The notes beneath the pieces are model-generated. The model was not told the origin of the DNA, did not search any database, and was given only the letters and a program-made list of their open reading frames with translations. This document shows positions 15,483 to 25,397 of a stretch of 64,000 bases of DNA, piece after piece (the first letter of the stretch is position 1; each line of letters opens with the position of its first letter). The stretch is from Polyangium jinanense (lineage in GTDB: Bacteria; Myxococcota_A; Polyangia; Polyangiales; Polyangiaceae): positions 102,900-166,899 of the forward strand of contig NZ_JAGTJK010000012.1 of NCBI RefSeq assembly GCF_028435265.1. Reading direction: 5' to 3'. A program made the position numbers and the translations under genes.

Positions 15483-18400
15483 ATGAGCATGGTCAAGGTC
15501 GAGTGCGACTCCTGTAAGTCGCCGTACCAGGTGGAGGAACGACGGATCCCGGCGACGGGGCTCAAGATGCGCTGCTCGAAGTGCGGCACGAGCCTCTTGG
15601 TCCGCAAGCCCTCGGAGCCGGCGGAGGAGGAGATCGATCTCCCCTCGCCGGTCGCGCCGCGCGCGAAAGGTGGCTCCGAGCCGCTGCTCCCGCGCCCCGT
15701 GGCGGGCAAGGCGCCTGCCGCTCCGCTCGCGCCGAAGCCGCCCGTGCTCCCCGCCCAGCCGAAGCCGGCCGCGCCCGCAAAGCCCGCCGCGCCCGCAAAG
15801 CCTGTCGCGCCCGCAAAGCCTGTCGCGCCGGCGAAGCCCGTCGCGTCCGCGCCCGCGCCGAAGCCCGCCGAAGCCACGGAGCTCGATCTGTGGGGCGAAG
15901 GCGACGATCCGGGGTTCGGCGAGATCGATCTTCCCTCGCCCGCGAAGCCGACGGTGCGGCAGATGCCGGCGTCCTTGCCCGCGGCCGAAGAGGAAGAGCT
16001 CGTGGATCTGCCGGTGCCCGCGAAGCCCACGGTCCGGCAGATGCCCGCGGCGGCCGTGAACGAGTTCCCCCTCGATGAGGAAGAGGAGGAAGACGCCGCG
16101 CTCGCGGCGATCGAGCTGCCCCCCGGGATGCCCTCGACCAAGCCGACGGTCCGGCAGATGAAGGCCGTGGCGGCGACGACGTCGCTCGAAGTGGATCTGC
16201 CGTCGCCGTCGCCCTCGCCGACGCGCGCGGCCGCGTCCAAGCCGGGTCCTCCGAAACCGGAGGACAAACCGACCGCGCCCGCGCGTCCCGCGACGAAGGG
16301 GTTCGGCGAGATCGACCTGCCCTCGCCCGCGCGCCCCGCCGCGCCGAAGCCGCCGCCGAAGCCGGACGAAAAGCTCCCCGCGCCCGCGCGTCCCGTCGCG
16401 AAGAGCGCGCCCGAACCGGAGATCGATCTGCCGAGCCCGGCGCGCGCTGCGAAGAAGAGCACGCCCGAGCTCGATCTGCCGGCCCCCGCGCGCCCCGCGC
16501 CCGCGGCCAAGGGCTTCGGCGAGATCGACCTCCCCGCGCCGGCGAGGCCCGCCGCCGCGCGCCCCGCGCCGCCTGCGGCGAAGGGGTTCGGCGAGATCGA
16601 TCTCCCCGCGCCGGCGCGGGCTCCCGCGAAGAACGAGCCCCCCGATCTCCCCGCGCCGGCCCCGCCCGGCCCGAAGCACCGCTCCTCGGGCGCGATGACG
16701 GCGCTGCGCGGAAAACCCTTGAGCAGCTTCGACCTGCCCGCCGTTACCGCCGACACCGACCTCGGCAATTTCGGCGAGATCGATCTCCCGGCGCCCGATC
16801 TCGGCGGCTTCGGCGAGCTCGACCTGCCCGCGCCCGAAGGCCCGTCGTTCGGCGACCTCGAGCTCCCGCTGCCGCCGACCGCGGGCTCCGCGACACGGAA
16901 CGACGTGACCCGCAGGATGGATCCTGGCGCGACCGTCCCGTCCAGCGCGATCGCGGCCTTTGATCCGGGCGACCTCGGCGAGCTCGAGTTTCCCCTCGCG
17001 AGTGACCCTCCGCCTGCGCCCGCCGCCGCGCCCGCCGCGCCTCCGCGCGCCGCTCAGCCCTCGACGCCCAGCTTCGAGCTCGACGACGCGGCCTTCGACG
17101 CCGCGTTCGCCGATCCCCCGCCGAACAGGACCGCTGCCGCGCCCAAGACCACGCCGCATCCGCCGAACAGCACGCGTGCCGCGGCCCCTGTCTCCAAGCC
17201 GGGCGAGGAGTTTTCCCTCGAGCCGGCCATCGACCTCGCGGTGAGCGCGCCGATCAGCACGGGCGCGCCGACCCAGCGCGCCGAGGTCGACCTCGGCGCC
17301 GCGCCCGAGCCGCCTCCGGACGACAGCGCGGGCATCGGCGACGAGGTCGACCTTGCGCCGGGCGAGTCCGACGGAGCTGATGCGCCGCTCGCCAAGCGCG
17401 ACAAACCTCCGAAGAGCGTCGCCAGACCCGCGAGTGAAACGCGTCCCCGCGGCCGTGGCCGCGTCTATGGCATCGGCGCGGCCGTCCTCATCGCGATCGG
17501 CGGCGGCGCGCTCGCGCTCCTGCCCGACATCGGCCCGTTCGGCGTGCACGCCGTGAGTGATCTCGTGAATGCCTCCGCGCACGCCGAGGCGCTCACCGGC
17601 CTCGAAAAGAACACGCAGGCCACGCTCGACGAGGACACCGCCGCGGCCGCCGCGCGCGCGCTCGAAGCTGCCAAGGCCGCGCAGGTCTCGCGCCCGCGCC
17701 ACCGCGCGACGGCTGCGTACGCCGCGTACGTCGCCTTCGCGCGTAGCCTCCGCCATGGCCGCCGTGGCGACGACGAGACCCTCGGCAAGCAGCTCCTCGG
17801 ACAGACCGAGAGCCCGAGCCGCGAGCGCACCCTCGCGGTTGCCGCAGAGCACGCGCTCGCGGGCCGCCTTGAACCAGCCCGTCGCCTCGCCAAGGACGCG
17901 CTCGACGCCAATACGAACGACATCGACGCCGCGGTTCTGATCGGCGAGATCGAGCTCGCCTCCGGCGCCGCCGCCGACGCGCTCGTCGCGTGGAAACGCG
18001 CCGTCTCCCTTCACAAGGGCGCCCGCTCCCTTTATGGCCTCGCCCGCGCCGAGCTCGCCAAGGGCGACGCCGCGAGCGCCGAAAAGACTGCCCGCGCCGC
18101 GCTCGAAGCCTCCCCCAAGCACGCCGGCGCGCGCACCTTGCTCGCCTCGATCCTCGGCCGCGACCCTGCCAAAGAAACCGAGGCCCTCGATCTCCTCGGC
18201 AAGGTCACCGCCGACGGCGACATTCGCGCCTCTGCCAGCGAACGCGAGCTCGTCGAGGCCTACATCGAAATCGGCCGCATTCACCTCGGTCGCTCCCGCA
18301 TCACCGCGGCCGAGCAGGCCTTTGCTGCGGCGCTCAAGATCGACCCGCGCAGCGCGGCCGCGCTCATCGGCGACGGCGAGCTCTTTTATCGATCGAGCCG

Positions 18401-19898
18401 CTTCTCCCAGGCGCTCCTCCGCTTCGAGGAGGCCATGCGCGTCGACGAGACCAGCCTTCCGGCCCGCATCGGCGCCACGAAAACCCTCCTCGCGCTCGAA
18501 CGCCTCAAGGACGGAAAGGCCCTCGCCGAAAAACTCCGCGCCGACAAACCCGACGCCGCCGCCTCCGCCTACTGGCTCGGCCGCGTCGAGGATGCGCTTG
18601 GCAACAAGAAAGAAGCCGAGGCCCTTTACGCCCAGGCCATCAAGCTCGGCGGCGTGCAGACCGAGGCCGTCGAGGCCTACGTCGCGCTCGCCTCGCTCCT
18701 CTCGGCGGCCGGCCGCAATGACGAGGCGCAGGCCAAGCTTGGCGAGGCCAGCACCAAGTTCCCCGATCTCCCGGCGCTCCACCGCGCCAAGGGCGAGGTC
18801 TTCTCGCAGGCGGGCCGTTATTCCGAGGCGCGCACCGAATTCGAGGCTGCGCTCGCCAAGGAGGACGACCTCGGCACGCGCTTCCGCCTCGGCGTCACGC
18901 TCCGCCGCATGGGCTCGTTCGAGGAATCGCAGAAGGTCTTCGACCAGATCGCGACCATCGACAAGGAATTCCCGGGCCTCTCGCTCGAGCGCGGCCTTCT
19001 TTACGAGGAGACGGGCCAGAGCGAGCGCGCGCTCGAGATGTATGCGGCGGCGCTGGAGAAGGCGCCGAATGACATCGACCTCAAAATGCGCGTCGGCTCG
19101 GCGCAGGTCATGGCGGGCCATGCGGCGCAAGCCGAGCCGATTTTGCGTGAGGTCTTGAAGGAGCGCGGAAGCTCCTCGGACGCGAACCATTTCCTCGGCC
19201 GCGCGCTCCTCTTGAAGGGTGGCTCGACGGCGGCGGGGGATGCGATCCGCTTCCTCGAGCGGGCCACGGAGATCGACGGCAATCGCGCTGAATATTACCT
19301 GTACGTCGGCTGGGCGGCGAACGTCCTCGGCCAGTTCCCGAAGGCCGAGGCGGCCTTGAAGCGCGCGCTCGAGCTCGACCGCGAGCTCGCGGACGCCTAC
19401 TGGCAACGCGGCGTCTTGCTCCACAAGCAAGGCCGCACGCTCGATGCCCTCGCGGACCTCGAGATTGCCTTGCAAAAGCGCCCCTCCCGGCACGAGGCGC
19501 ACGCCACGATGGCGCTCTGTTATCAGGAGCTCGGCCGCTGGCCGGAGGCGCAGACGGCGTGGCAAAAGGCGATCGCCGGCAATGGCTCGGTCGCCGAGTG
19601 GCATTATCGGCTCGGGAAGATCTTCGAATCGAACGGGAACAAGCACGCGGCAACGCCGGAGCTCGACAAGGCCGTGGAGCTGCTCCTGCAGAAGGGCGGA
19701 CCGGCGGAGAGCTGGCACGCCGACGCGTATTTCCTCCACGGCGAGGCGATGCGCGCGACGGGGCAAAAGGACAAGGCCGTGAAGAGCTTCCTCCGATTCA
19801 AGGACGTGGCGGCGATGGATAATGCGTACCGCACCGACGTGGAGCGGGCGCTCGTGTCGCTGGGGCAGGGGGGAACCCCCCCTCGCCCCAATCCTTGA
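15483..19898 (+). CDS. MJ0042-type zinc-ribbon / Pro-rich FGEIDLP-repeat / single-TM / TPR protein (~1471 aa)
   Basis: The ATG at 15483 is in frame with track ORF 15399..19898. MSMVKVECDSCKSPYQVEERRIPATGLKMRCSKCGTSLLV is a CxxC...CxxC ribbon. At least 8 copies of (G)FGEIDLP(S/A)PA(K/R)P and 3 of KPTVRQM(P/K)A follow. A predicted TM helix reads VYGIGAAVLIAIGGGALALLP. The C-terminal ~800 aa is TPR-like. Confidence 0.8.
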   Translation: MSMVKVECDSCKSPYQVEERRIPATGLKMRCSKCGTSLLVRKPSEPAEEEIDLPSPVAPRAKGGSEPLLPRPVAGKAPAAPLAPKPPVLPAQPKPAAPAKPAAPAKPVAPAKPVAPAKPVASAPAPKPAEATELDLWGEGDDPGFGEIDLPSPAKPTVRQMPASLPAAEEEELVDLPVPAKPTVRQMPAAAVNEFPLDEEEEEDAALAAIELPPGMPSTKPTVRQMKAVAATTSLEVDLPSPSPSPTRAAASKPGPPKPEDKPTAPARPATKGFGEIDLPSPARPAAPKPPPKPDEKLPAPARPVAKSAPEPEIDLPSPARAAKKSTPELDLPAPARPAPAAKGFGEIDLPAPARPAAARPAPPAAKGFGEIDLPAPARAPAKNEPPDLPAPAPPGPKHRSSGAMTALRGKPLSSFDLPAVTADTDLGNFGEIDLPAPDLGGFGELDLPAPEGPSFGDLELPLPPTAGSATRNDVTRRMDPGATVPSSAIAAFDPGDLGELEFPLASDPPPAPAAAPAAPPRAAQPSTPSFELDDAAFDAAFADPPPNRTAAAPKTTPHPPNSTRAAAPVSKPGEEFSLEPAIDLAVSAPISTGAPTQRAEVDLGAAPEPPPDDSAGIGDEVDLAPGESDGADAPLAKRDKPPKSVARPASETRPRGRGRVYGIGAAVLIAIGGGALALLPDIGPFGVHAVSDLVNASAHAEALTGLEKNTQATLDEDTAAAAARALEAAKAAQVSRPRHRATAAYAAYVAFARSLRHGRRGDDETLGKQLLGQTESPSRERTLAVAAEHALAGRLEPARRLAKDALDANTNDIDAAVLIGEIELASGAAADALVAWKRAVSLHKGARSLYGLARAELAKGDAASAEKTARAALEASPKHAGARTLLASILGRDPAKETEALDLLGKVTADGDIRASASERELVEAYIEIGRIHLGRSRITAAEQAFAAALKIDPRSAAALIGDGELFYRSSRFSQALLRFEEAMRVDETSLPARIGATKTLLALERLKDGKALAEKLRADKPDAAASAYWLGRVEDALGNKKEAEALYAQAIKLGGVQTEAVEAYVALASLLSAAGRNDEAQAKLGEASTKFPDLPALHRAKGEVFSQAGRYSEARTEFEAALAKEDDLGTRFRLGVTLRRMGSFEESQKVFDQIATIDKEFPGLSLERGLLYEETGQSERALEMYAAALEKAPNDIDLKMRVGSAQVMAGHAAQAEPILREVLKERGSSSDANHFLGRALLLKGGSTAAGDAIRFLERATEIDGNRAEYYLYVGWAANVLGQFPKAEAALKRALELDRELADAYWQRGVLLHKQGRTLDALADLEIALQKRPSRHEAHATMALCYQELGRWPEAQTAWQKAIAGNGSVAEWHYRLGKIFESNGNKHAATPELDKAVELLLQKGGPAESWHADAYFLHGEAMRATGQKDKAVKSFLRFKDVAAMDNAYRTDVERALVSLGQGGTPPRPNP

Positions 19899-20017
19899 CC
19901 CGCGTTTCCTTCCTCGCCGAGCCAGACCCCAGAAAGCACTTCCTTCCATCCGCTGGCACGTGGTACAGGACCCTACCACGATTGTGCAGTGTGTACTGCT
20001 ACAGTGGATGAGGGGTT

Positions 20018-23000
20018 ATGTCTGGACTCGTATCTTCGTGTCCGAGAAAGGGAGCCGCGTCCGGTGTCGCGGCTCGTGATCGTATTCGGCGCGGCATCGG
20101 GGCCGCGCTCGTCGTCTGGCTCGTCGCGCTCGTCGCGTCGTGCTCCGCCCGCGATGCGGAGCTCTCGATGGGCGAGACCGCGCCTCCGGAGCCGGCGCCT
20201 CTGCGCGCGCCGGGGAAACGCACGCAGACGTCCGCTCCGTTTGATCTCGACGGGGTCATGCGGCAGGTCCATTTCGCTTTCCGGAAGGACGGCGAACGCT
20301 GGACGGGCGGGCACAGCACCTACGAGGTGCGCGCCTCGACCTCGGCCTTCGCGGTTCGGCCCGCGTCTACCGAGGCGCAGGGCGCGGAGGCCACGTTCGA
20401 AACCGTCTCGATGACCCGCGGCGCGGCCCGCAACCTTCGTGGCGTCGAAGGGCGCGTCGAGCAGGATGGCCACCTCGCCATCGCGCGGGGCGACGTCACC
20501 GAGCACCTGCGGAACGACGACGAGGGCGTCGAGCAGAGCTTCTCGTTCGAGGCGCAGCCGAAGGGCCGCGGCGATCTCGAAATCCGCGTCCGGGTCACGG
20601 GCCAGGCCTACGCGGGCGAGACCGCGGCGGGGCACCATTTCGTCGATCCGGCGACGGGCCTCGGGCTTCGGTATGGCCTGGCGACGTGGATCGACGGGCG
20701 CGGGGAACGGACGGCGGTCCCGGTGCGGTATGCCAAGGCCGGGGGCGAGCTCGTCTTGACCGTGCCCGCGGCCGTCGTGGAGGGCTCCGCTTACCCTGCG
20801 GTGCTCGACCCGACGATTGGCCCGGAGTTTGGCCTGGATGCCCCCATTTATTTCCCGGTGTCCGCAGCGCAGACGTACCCGCAGGTCGCCTTCGACGGGA
20901 CGAACTTTCTCGTTACCTGGCTCGACGCGCGGCAGATCAACAAAGTCGGCCTGCAAACGGTCGTGGGCGTCCGCGTCACGCCCGCGGGCGTGATCCTCGA
21001 CCCGGGGGGCTTCGAGATCGGAAACGCGGTACACTCCAACGGCCCAACCAAGGGGCCGGCCGTGGCCTTCACCGGCACCCATTACCTCGTGGTATGGGCG
21101 GGGGGCAGCGCCGAGGGCGGCGTCGTGGTAGGCGCGCGCGTCACGCCGGACGGCGCCGTGCTGGACCCGAAGAAATTGGGAAGCCAGACCGCCGGGGTAA
21201 GCGCGATCGACGTGGCCGCCGCGGGCGCGAATTCCCTTGTCGTCTGGGCGGCCGACGGGAAGGTGCAAGCTGTGCGCGTCGACGCGACGGGCGCGGCCGT
21301 CGGCAGTCAATTCCCCGTCCTCGCGAGCACGGCCAAGATCGAGTCCAACCCCGTGGTGGGGTCGAATGGAACCGACTTCCTCGTCGCGTGGGAAGACACG
21401 CGAAACAACGCCATCGCGGACATCTACGGCGCGCGCGTGACAGCGGCCGGGGCCGTGCTCGATCCCACTGGCTTTGCCATCTCGCTCGGGGCGCAGACCC
21501 AGCTCCTCCCCTCCGTCGCCTCCAATGGAACGGACTACTTCGTCGCCTGGGAAGACGGCAGGTGGGGAAACAAAGACATCTACGGCGCGCGGGTCTCGTC
21601 GTCCGGAGCCTTGCTGGATCCGATCGGCGTGCAGGTTTCCAAGAACGCGGGAACGCAGACGTCCCCCGCTGTCGCGTTCGACGGCAGCGGGTACGTCGTC
21701 GTCTGGAACGACAATCGCACGGGCGACTCCGACATCTGGCAGGGGCGGGTCTCGGTCGCCGGCGCTGCGCTCGATGGGACCGGGACCGCGGTCGCCGTCG
21801 CCACGAACCAGCAATCCCGGCCGAGCGTCGCGTGCGCGGGCGGCGCTTGTTTCGCTGCCTGGGAAGACCTGCGCGCCGGCGGCAATGCGGCCGCCTATGG
21901 TGCGCGCTTCACGGGGAGCACGGTCGACGATGCGGGCGGCCTGATGCTCCTCTCGGCCGCCAACCAGCAGGACGCGCCCTCCCTCGCCTACGACGGCACG
22001 AACTACCTGGTCGTCTGGCAGGACCTGCGCAACAACACGAACCTCGACATCTATGGCGCGCGGGTCTCGCCGGCCGGCGACGTGCTCGATCCCTCGGGCA
22101 TCCAGGTGTCGGCCGCGACCGGCGATCAATCCTCCCCGAAGGTCGTTTGGGGCGGCAGCCAGTACATGATCGTCTGGGAAGACAAGCGCTCGGGGACCTA
22201 TTACGACCTCTACGCCGCGCGCATGACCGCGGCCGGCGTCATCACCGATCCCAGCGGGATCCCCCTCGTCGCCGTCGCCAACCGGCACGAACAAGCCCCG
22301 CAGCTCGCGTTTGACGGCACGAATTACCTCGTCACCTGGCAGGACAATCGTTCGAGCGCCTCCTCCTTCAGCGTCTACGGCGCCCTGCTGACCCAGGCCG
22401 GCACGCTGCTCCAGCCGACCGGCTTCCAGATCGGATCGCTCGGCGTGGCCGGTTTCTCTCACGCCATGGCGTTCGGCGGGGGCCAATACTTCGTGGCATG
22501 GTATACTCCGGGTATCTTGGGCGGCGTGGGGGGCTTCCGAGGGGGGCGCGTCACGACCGCCGGGGCGCTCCTGGACAACACGGCGATCGTCATTCGTAAC
22601 ACCACGACCAACGGCCCCGTTGCGACGGCGTACGACGGGCTGAACTTCACCGTCGCGTACACCAGCACTCGCGTCTTTCTGGCCCGCGTGACGGGCGCCG
22701 GGGTCCTCATCGACACCCTCGACGTCGAGCTGACCCCCTCCAATATCTACAGCAGCCATCCCGCCATCGCCTTCGACGGGACCGATTGCCTCCTCGTCTG
22801 GCGTGACGGGAGGCATGGCAACAATGGTGCCATTTACGGCAGTTGGGTGACCGAGGCCGGCGACGTCCTCACCCCCGGCGGCCAGCCCTTCGCGGGCAAT
22901 GGCGCCATGTTCCACGGTCGCCCGGCGCTCGCGAGCGACGGCGCGGGCCACCTGCTCCTCGCTTATACGAAGGGCGATACCGCGCCTCCCTTCGGAAGCA

Positions 23001-23725
23001 ACCGCATCCGCGCCCGTCTCCTCACGACCTCCCAGCCCCTCGGCGCCGCCTGCTCCGCATCGACCGATTGCGCGAGCGGCTTCTGCGCCGACGGCGTCTG
23101 CTGCAACACGAGCTGCGGCGGCTCCGCGCCCGATTGCCAGGCCTGCGCGGCCGCGCTCGGCGCCTCCGCCGACGGCACCTGCACGCCGCTCACGGGCGCG
23201 ACCTGCAACGACGACAATGCCTGCACGCAAAGCGACACCTGCAATGCGGGCGCGTGCGTCGGCGCCGCTCCCGTCGTCTGCACGGCCCAGGACGAATGCC
23301 ACGATCCCGGCACCTGTGATCCGGCGACGGGCACCTGTGACGACCCGGCGAAGGCGGACGGCGAAGCCTGCGCGGGCGGCACCTGCATGGGCGGGGTTTG
23401 CCAGAGCAGCGGAGCCGGCACGGGCGGGAGTGGCGGCAATGGTGGGAGCGGCGGCAATGGTGGAAGCGGCGGGAGCGGCGGAAGCGGCGGAAGCAGTGAA
23501 TCCAGCTCCTCGGGCACCGGCGTGACCACGACCGGCGCGGGCGGTGGAAACGACCTGGCCCCGGGCGGCGGAGCCGACCAGGCCAAGGGCTCGGCCGTAT
23601 CCGTCGGCTGCCAGGCCGCGAATGCGCCTGCGACGGGCGCTCCGATCGCCGCGCTGATGCTCGCCGCCGGGCTCCTCGCTCGTCGACGCGTCACCTCGCG
23701 CCGCCGCGCCGCCTCTCTCGCCTGA
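20018..23725 (+). CDS. Repeat (beta-propeller-like) surface lipoprotein with a Cys-rich module, Gly/Ser linker and MYXO-CTERM-type tail (1235 aa)
   Basis: The lipobox reads LVALVASC. About 15 repeats of ~50 aa follow the pattern (D)IYGARV(T/S)..G.VLDP.G..(V/I)S....Q..P.VA.(D)G..YLVVW.D.R. The Cys-rich part is CSASTDCASGFCADGVCCNTSCGG...CQAC. The linker is (GGS/GGN)n. The tail is SVGCQAANAPATGAPIAALMLAAGLLARRR. Confidence 0.8.
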   Translation: MSGLVSSCPRKGAASGVAARDRIRRGIGAALVVWLVALVASCSARDAELSMGETAPPEPAPLRAPGKRTQTSAPFDLDGVMRQVHFAFRKDGERWTGGHSTYEVRASTSAFAVRPASTEAQGAEATFETVSMTRGAARNLRGVEGRVEQDGHLAIARGDVTEHLRNDDEGVEQSFSFEAQPKGRGDLEIRVRVTGQAYAGETAAGHHFVDPATGLGLRYGLATWIDGRGERTAVPVRYAKAGGELVLTVPAAVVEGSAYPAVLDPTIGPEFGLDAPIYFPVSAAQTYPQVAFDGTNFLVTWLDARQINKVGLQTVVGVRVTPAGVILDPGGFEIGNAVHSNGPTKGPAVAFTGTHYLVVWAGGSAEGGVVVGARVTPDGAVLDPKKLGSQTAGVSAIDVAAAGANSLVVWAADGKVQAVRVDATGAAVGSQFPVLASTAKIESNPVVGSNGTDFLVAWEDTRNNAIADIYGARVTAAGAVLDPTGFAISLGAQTQLLPSVASNGTDYFVAWEDGRWGNKDIYGARVSSSGALLDPIGVQVSKNAGTQTSPAVAFDGSGYVVVWNDNRTGDSDIWQGRVSVAGAALDGTGTAVAVATNQQSRPSVACAGGACFAAWEDLRAGGNAAAYGARFTGSTVDDAGGLMLLSAANQQDAPSLAYDGTNYLVVWQDLRNNTNLDIYGARVSPAGDVLDPSGIQVSAATGDQSSPKVVWGGSQYMIVWEDKRSGTYYDLYAARMTAAGVITDPSGIPLVAVANRHEQAPQLAFDGTNYLVTWQDNRSSASSFSVYGALLTQAGTLLQPTGFQIGSLGVAGFSHAMAFGGGQYFVAWYTPGILGGVGGFRGGRVTTAGALLDNTAIVIRNTTTNGPVATAYDGLNFTVAYTSTRVFLARVTGAGVLIDTLDVELTPSNIYSSHPAIAFDGTDCLLVWRDGRHGNNGAIYGSWVTEAGDVLTPGGQPFAGNGAMFHGRPALASDGAGHLLLAYTKGDTAPPFGSNRIRARLLTTSQPLGAACSASTDCASGFCADGVCCNTSCGGSAPDCQACAAALGASADGTCTPLTGATCNDDNACTQSDTCNAGACVGAAPVVCTAQDECHDPGTCDPATGTCDDPAKADGEACAGGTCMGGVCQSSGAGTGGSGGNGGSGGNGGSGGSGGSGGSSESSSSGTGVTTTGAGGGNDLAPGGGADQAKGSAVSVGCQAANAPATGAPIAALMLAAGLLARRRVTSRRRAASLA

Positions 23726-23815
23726 TTCGCTCCCCCCTCATTCTTGTGCGCTCGATTTGCCATCCCGTAACCTGGGTCGCCACGGGACTCCTGCGGCCTG
23801 TAGGGAGGGCTTGTC

Positions 23816-25396
23816 ATGACCTCGCACCGTGCGCTCTCACCCTCGTCGAATGCTCGCCTTTGGGGCAACGGTGCCGCCCTGATGCTCGTGGGCGCTGCTG
23901 TGCGGTTTCTTCGGCTTGCGTTTCCGCTGCTCTTCGCTGTTTGCGTCTCGGTATGGCTCGTCGGGTGCGGGGCGGCGGGCGTGCGCGCGGAGGGATGGGC
24001 GCAGGAGCTCCAGGGCAAGAGCTTGTTTCGCGTCTGCCGGCGTCATCCCCGCGTCGGCCCGCATGCGCGCTACTGGTACGAGCTCGGGGACGGAGTGCAT
24101 CGACCGGCGTTCGAACCGCTCGAAAAGCTCCTGGAAAACCCTTCGGTCAAGGCCGTCTTCATCCATGACCCCCACGCGCCGCCCGAGAGCCGGAGGCTTT
24201 TGGGGCTCGCGTATCAGGATCTGCCCTGCGACAAGCCGCCGCCGCCGCCGCCGCCGCCGCCCGAGAAGATTGCGGCGGAAGAGCCGGAAGCCGGGCCGGC
24301 CAAGCGCACCACGGTCCGAACCGAGACGCGGACGTCGGCGATGAGGCCCTGCGAGAGGCCGCGCAAGAGGCCACCCGATCAGCGTTTCCTCGGGCAAACG
24401 GCGCCCACGCCCGCTCCGATGCCTGGGACGAGGGTGCCGTGTCCGCCGCCTCCTCCGGGGAAGACATACGAAGAACAGAAAGTCAACCTGGCGCGGAGGG
24501 ACGCCGAGGAGGAGGCGAGGCGCACGGGGGAGCGGATCGGGCGCGAGTGGGGGGCGACGCTCGGCAAGGCGGCTGGAGTGAAGGACTCCATCGACGTCAC
24601 GTATTTAGGAAACTTCGATTATGACATTCGGGACAAACCTGATGCCGAAGTCTTCGAAGTCATCCGGACCAATCTTGCCAAACAACTCGATGCAATCCCT
24701 GACCTGCCGACATACGACGACGAGCGGCTCGCCACGATCGCCTGGGAGGGCTTCCTCAAGGGGTATGGGCGAGGCTGGGCGGACGCCGAGCTGAAATTCG
24801 CGATCGTGAACGCCCTGGCGGACACCTTGTTGATGGTCGCCTCCGGGGGAGCGGCGGCCCTGGAGACCGTGGGGGCGAGGGTGCTGCGGGGCGCCCAGCA
24901 GAGGCTACGAAGTATGCCGGTGTTCCTGCCGAGCGCGGCGGGCGGACCGGGCGGGTTCTTGCGGCGGCCGAAGCTGCCGAGTCCGCCGGCCGCGAGCACG
25001 CCGAAGGCAGTGGCACCGCCCAGCGCGACGACAGTCACGACGACGACGAAGCCGGTCAGGGCGCCGAACGGCGCGGCGGGGCAGGCGGGGGCGCCGAAAA
25101 TTCGGAACCAGCACCTCGCGGGCAAGAACCACCCCAAGACCGGGGTGCCCTTCGATGCCGAGGGGTATCCGGATTTCAAGGCTGCTGGCGTCGTAAAAAG
25201 GGAGGTAAAGATCACCCAGACGGGGGACCGGCCTCATGATTACCGGCTCGCGAATGAGGCAGCGGGAGAGAAAGTAACGCCCAAAGACCATACGTGGCAC
25301 CATCACCAGGACGGGAAGACGATGCAGCTCGTGCCCACACAAATTCATGCGGACACAGGACATACCGGCGGGGTCGCAACGAAGGGGAGACCATGA
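23816..25396 (+). CDS. Polymorphic-toxin lipoprotein with a C-terminal HNH/EndoVII-fold nuclease domain (WHH / GH-E-like)
   Basis: A GGGAGGG RBS lies 7 nt upstream. The signal/lipobox reads FAVCVSVWLVGC. The middle is Pro-rich (PPPPPPPPP). The C-terminal ~100 aa reads HLAGKNHPKTGVPFDAEGYPDFK...DYRLANEAAG...HTWHHHQDGKTMQLVPTQIHADTGHTGG, the signature of the WHH/GH-E clade of HNH/EndoVII toxin domains. Confidence 0.75.
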   Translation: MTSHRALSPSSNARLWGNGAALMLVGAAVRFLRLAFPLLFAVCVSVWLVGCGAAGVRAEGWAQELQGKSLFRVCRRHPRVGPHARYWYELGDGVHRPAFEPLEKLLENPSVKAVFIHDPHAPPESRRLLGLAYQDLPCDKPPPPPPPPPEKIAAEEPEAGPAKRTTVRTETRTSAMRPCERPRKRPPDQRFLGQTAPTPAPMPGTRVPCPPPPPGKTYEEQKVNLARRDAEEEARRTGERIGREWGATLGKAAGVKDSIDVTYLGNFDYDIRDKPDAEVFEVIRTNLAKQLDAIPDLPTYDDERLATIAWEGFLKGYGRGWADAELKFAIVNALADTLLMVASGGAAALETVGARVLRGAQQRLRSMPVFLPSAAGGPGGFLRRPKLPSPPAASTPKAVAPPSATTVTTTTKPVRAPNGAAGQAGAPKIRNQHLAGKNHPKTGVPFDAEGYPDFKAAGVVKREVKITQTGDRPHDYRLANEAAGEKVTPKDHTWHHHQDGKTMQLVPTQIHADTGHTGGVATKGRP

Positions 25397-25397
25397 C

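Noticed and set aside
19954-19968. Sigma-54 promoter upstream of the 20018 gene (TGGCAC at 19954..19959)
   Set aside because: The -12 position reads ACAG instead of TTGC, so only half of the bipartite consensus is present.
15423-19979. 1518-aa minus-strand ORF
   Set aside because: It is the antisense of the zinc-ribbon/TPR gene. The sense frame carries clear motifs (CxxC ribbon, TM helix, TPR); this frame is Arg/Gly junk.
19973-23302. 1109-aa minus-strand ORF
   Set aside because: It is the antisense of the repeat lipoprotein gene. No motifs; Arg/Gly/Ala-rich.
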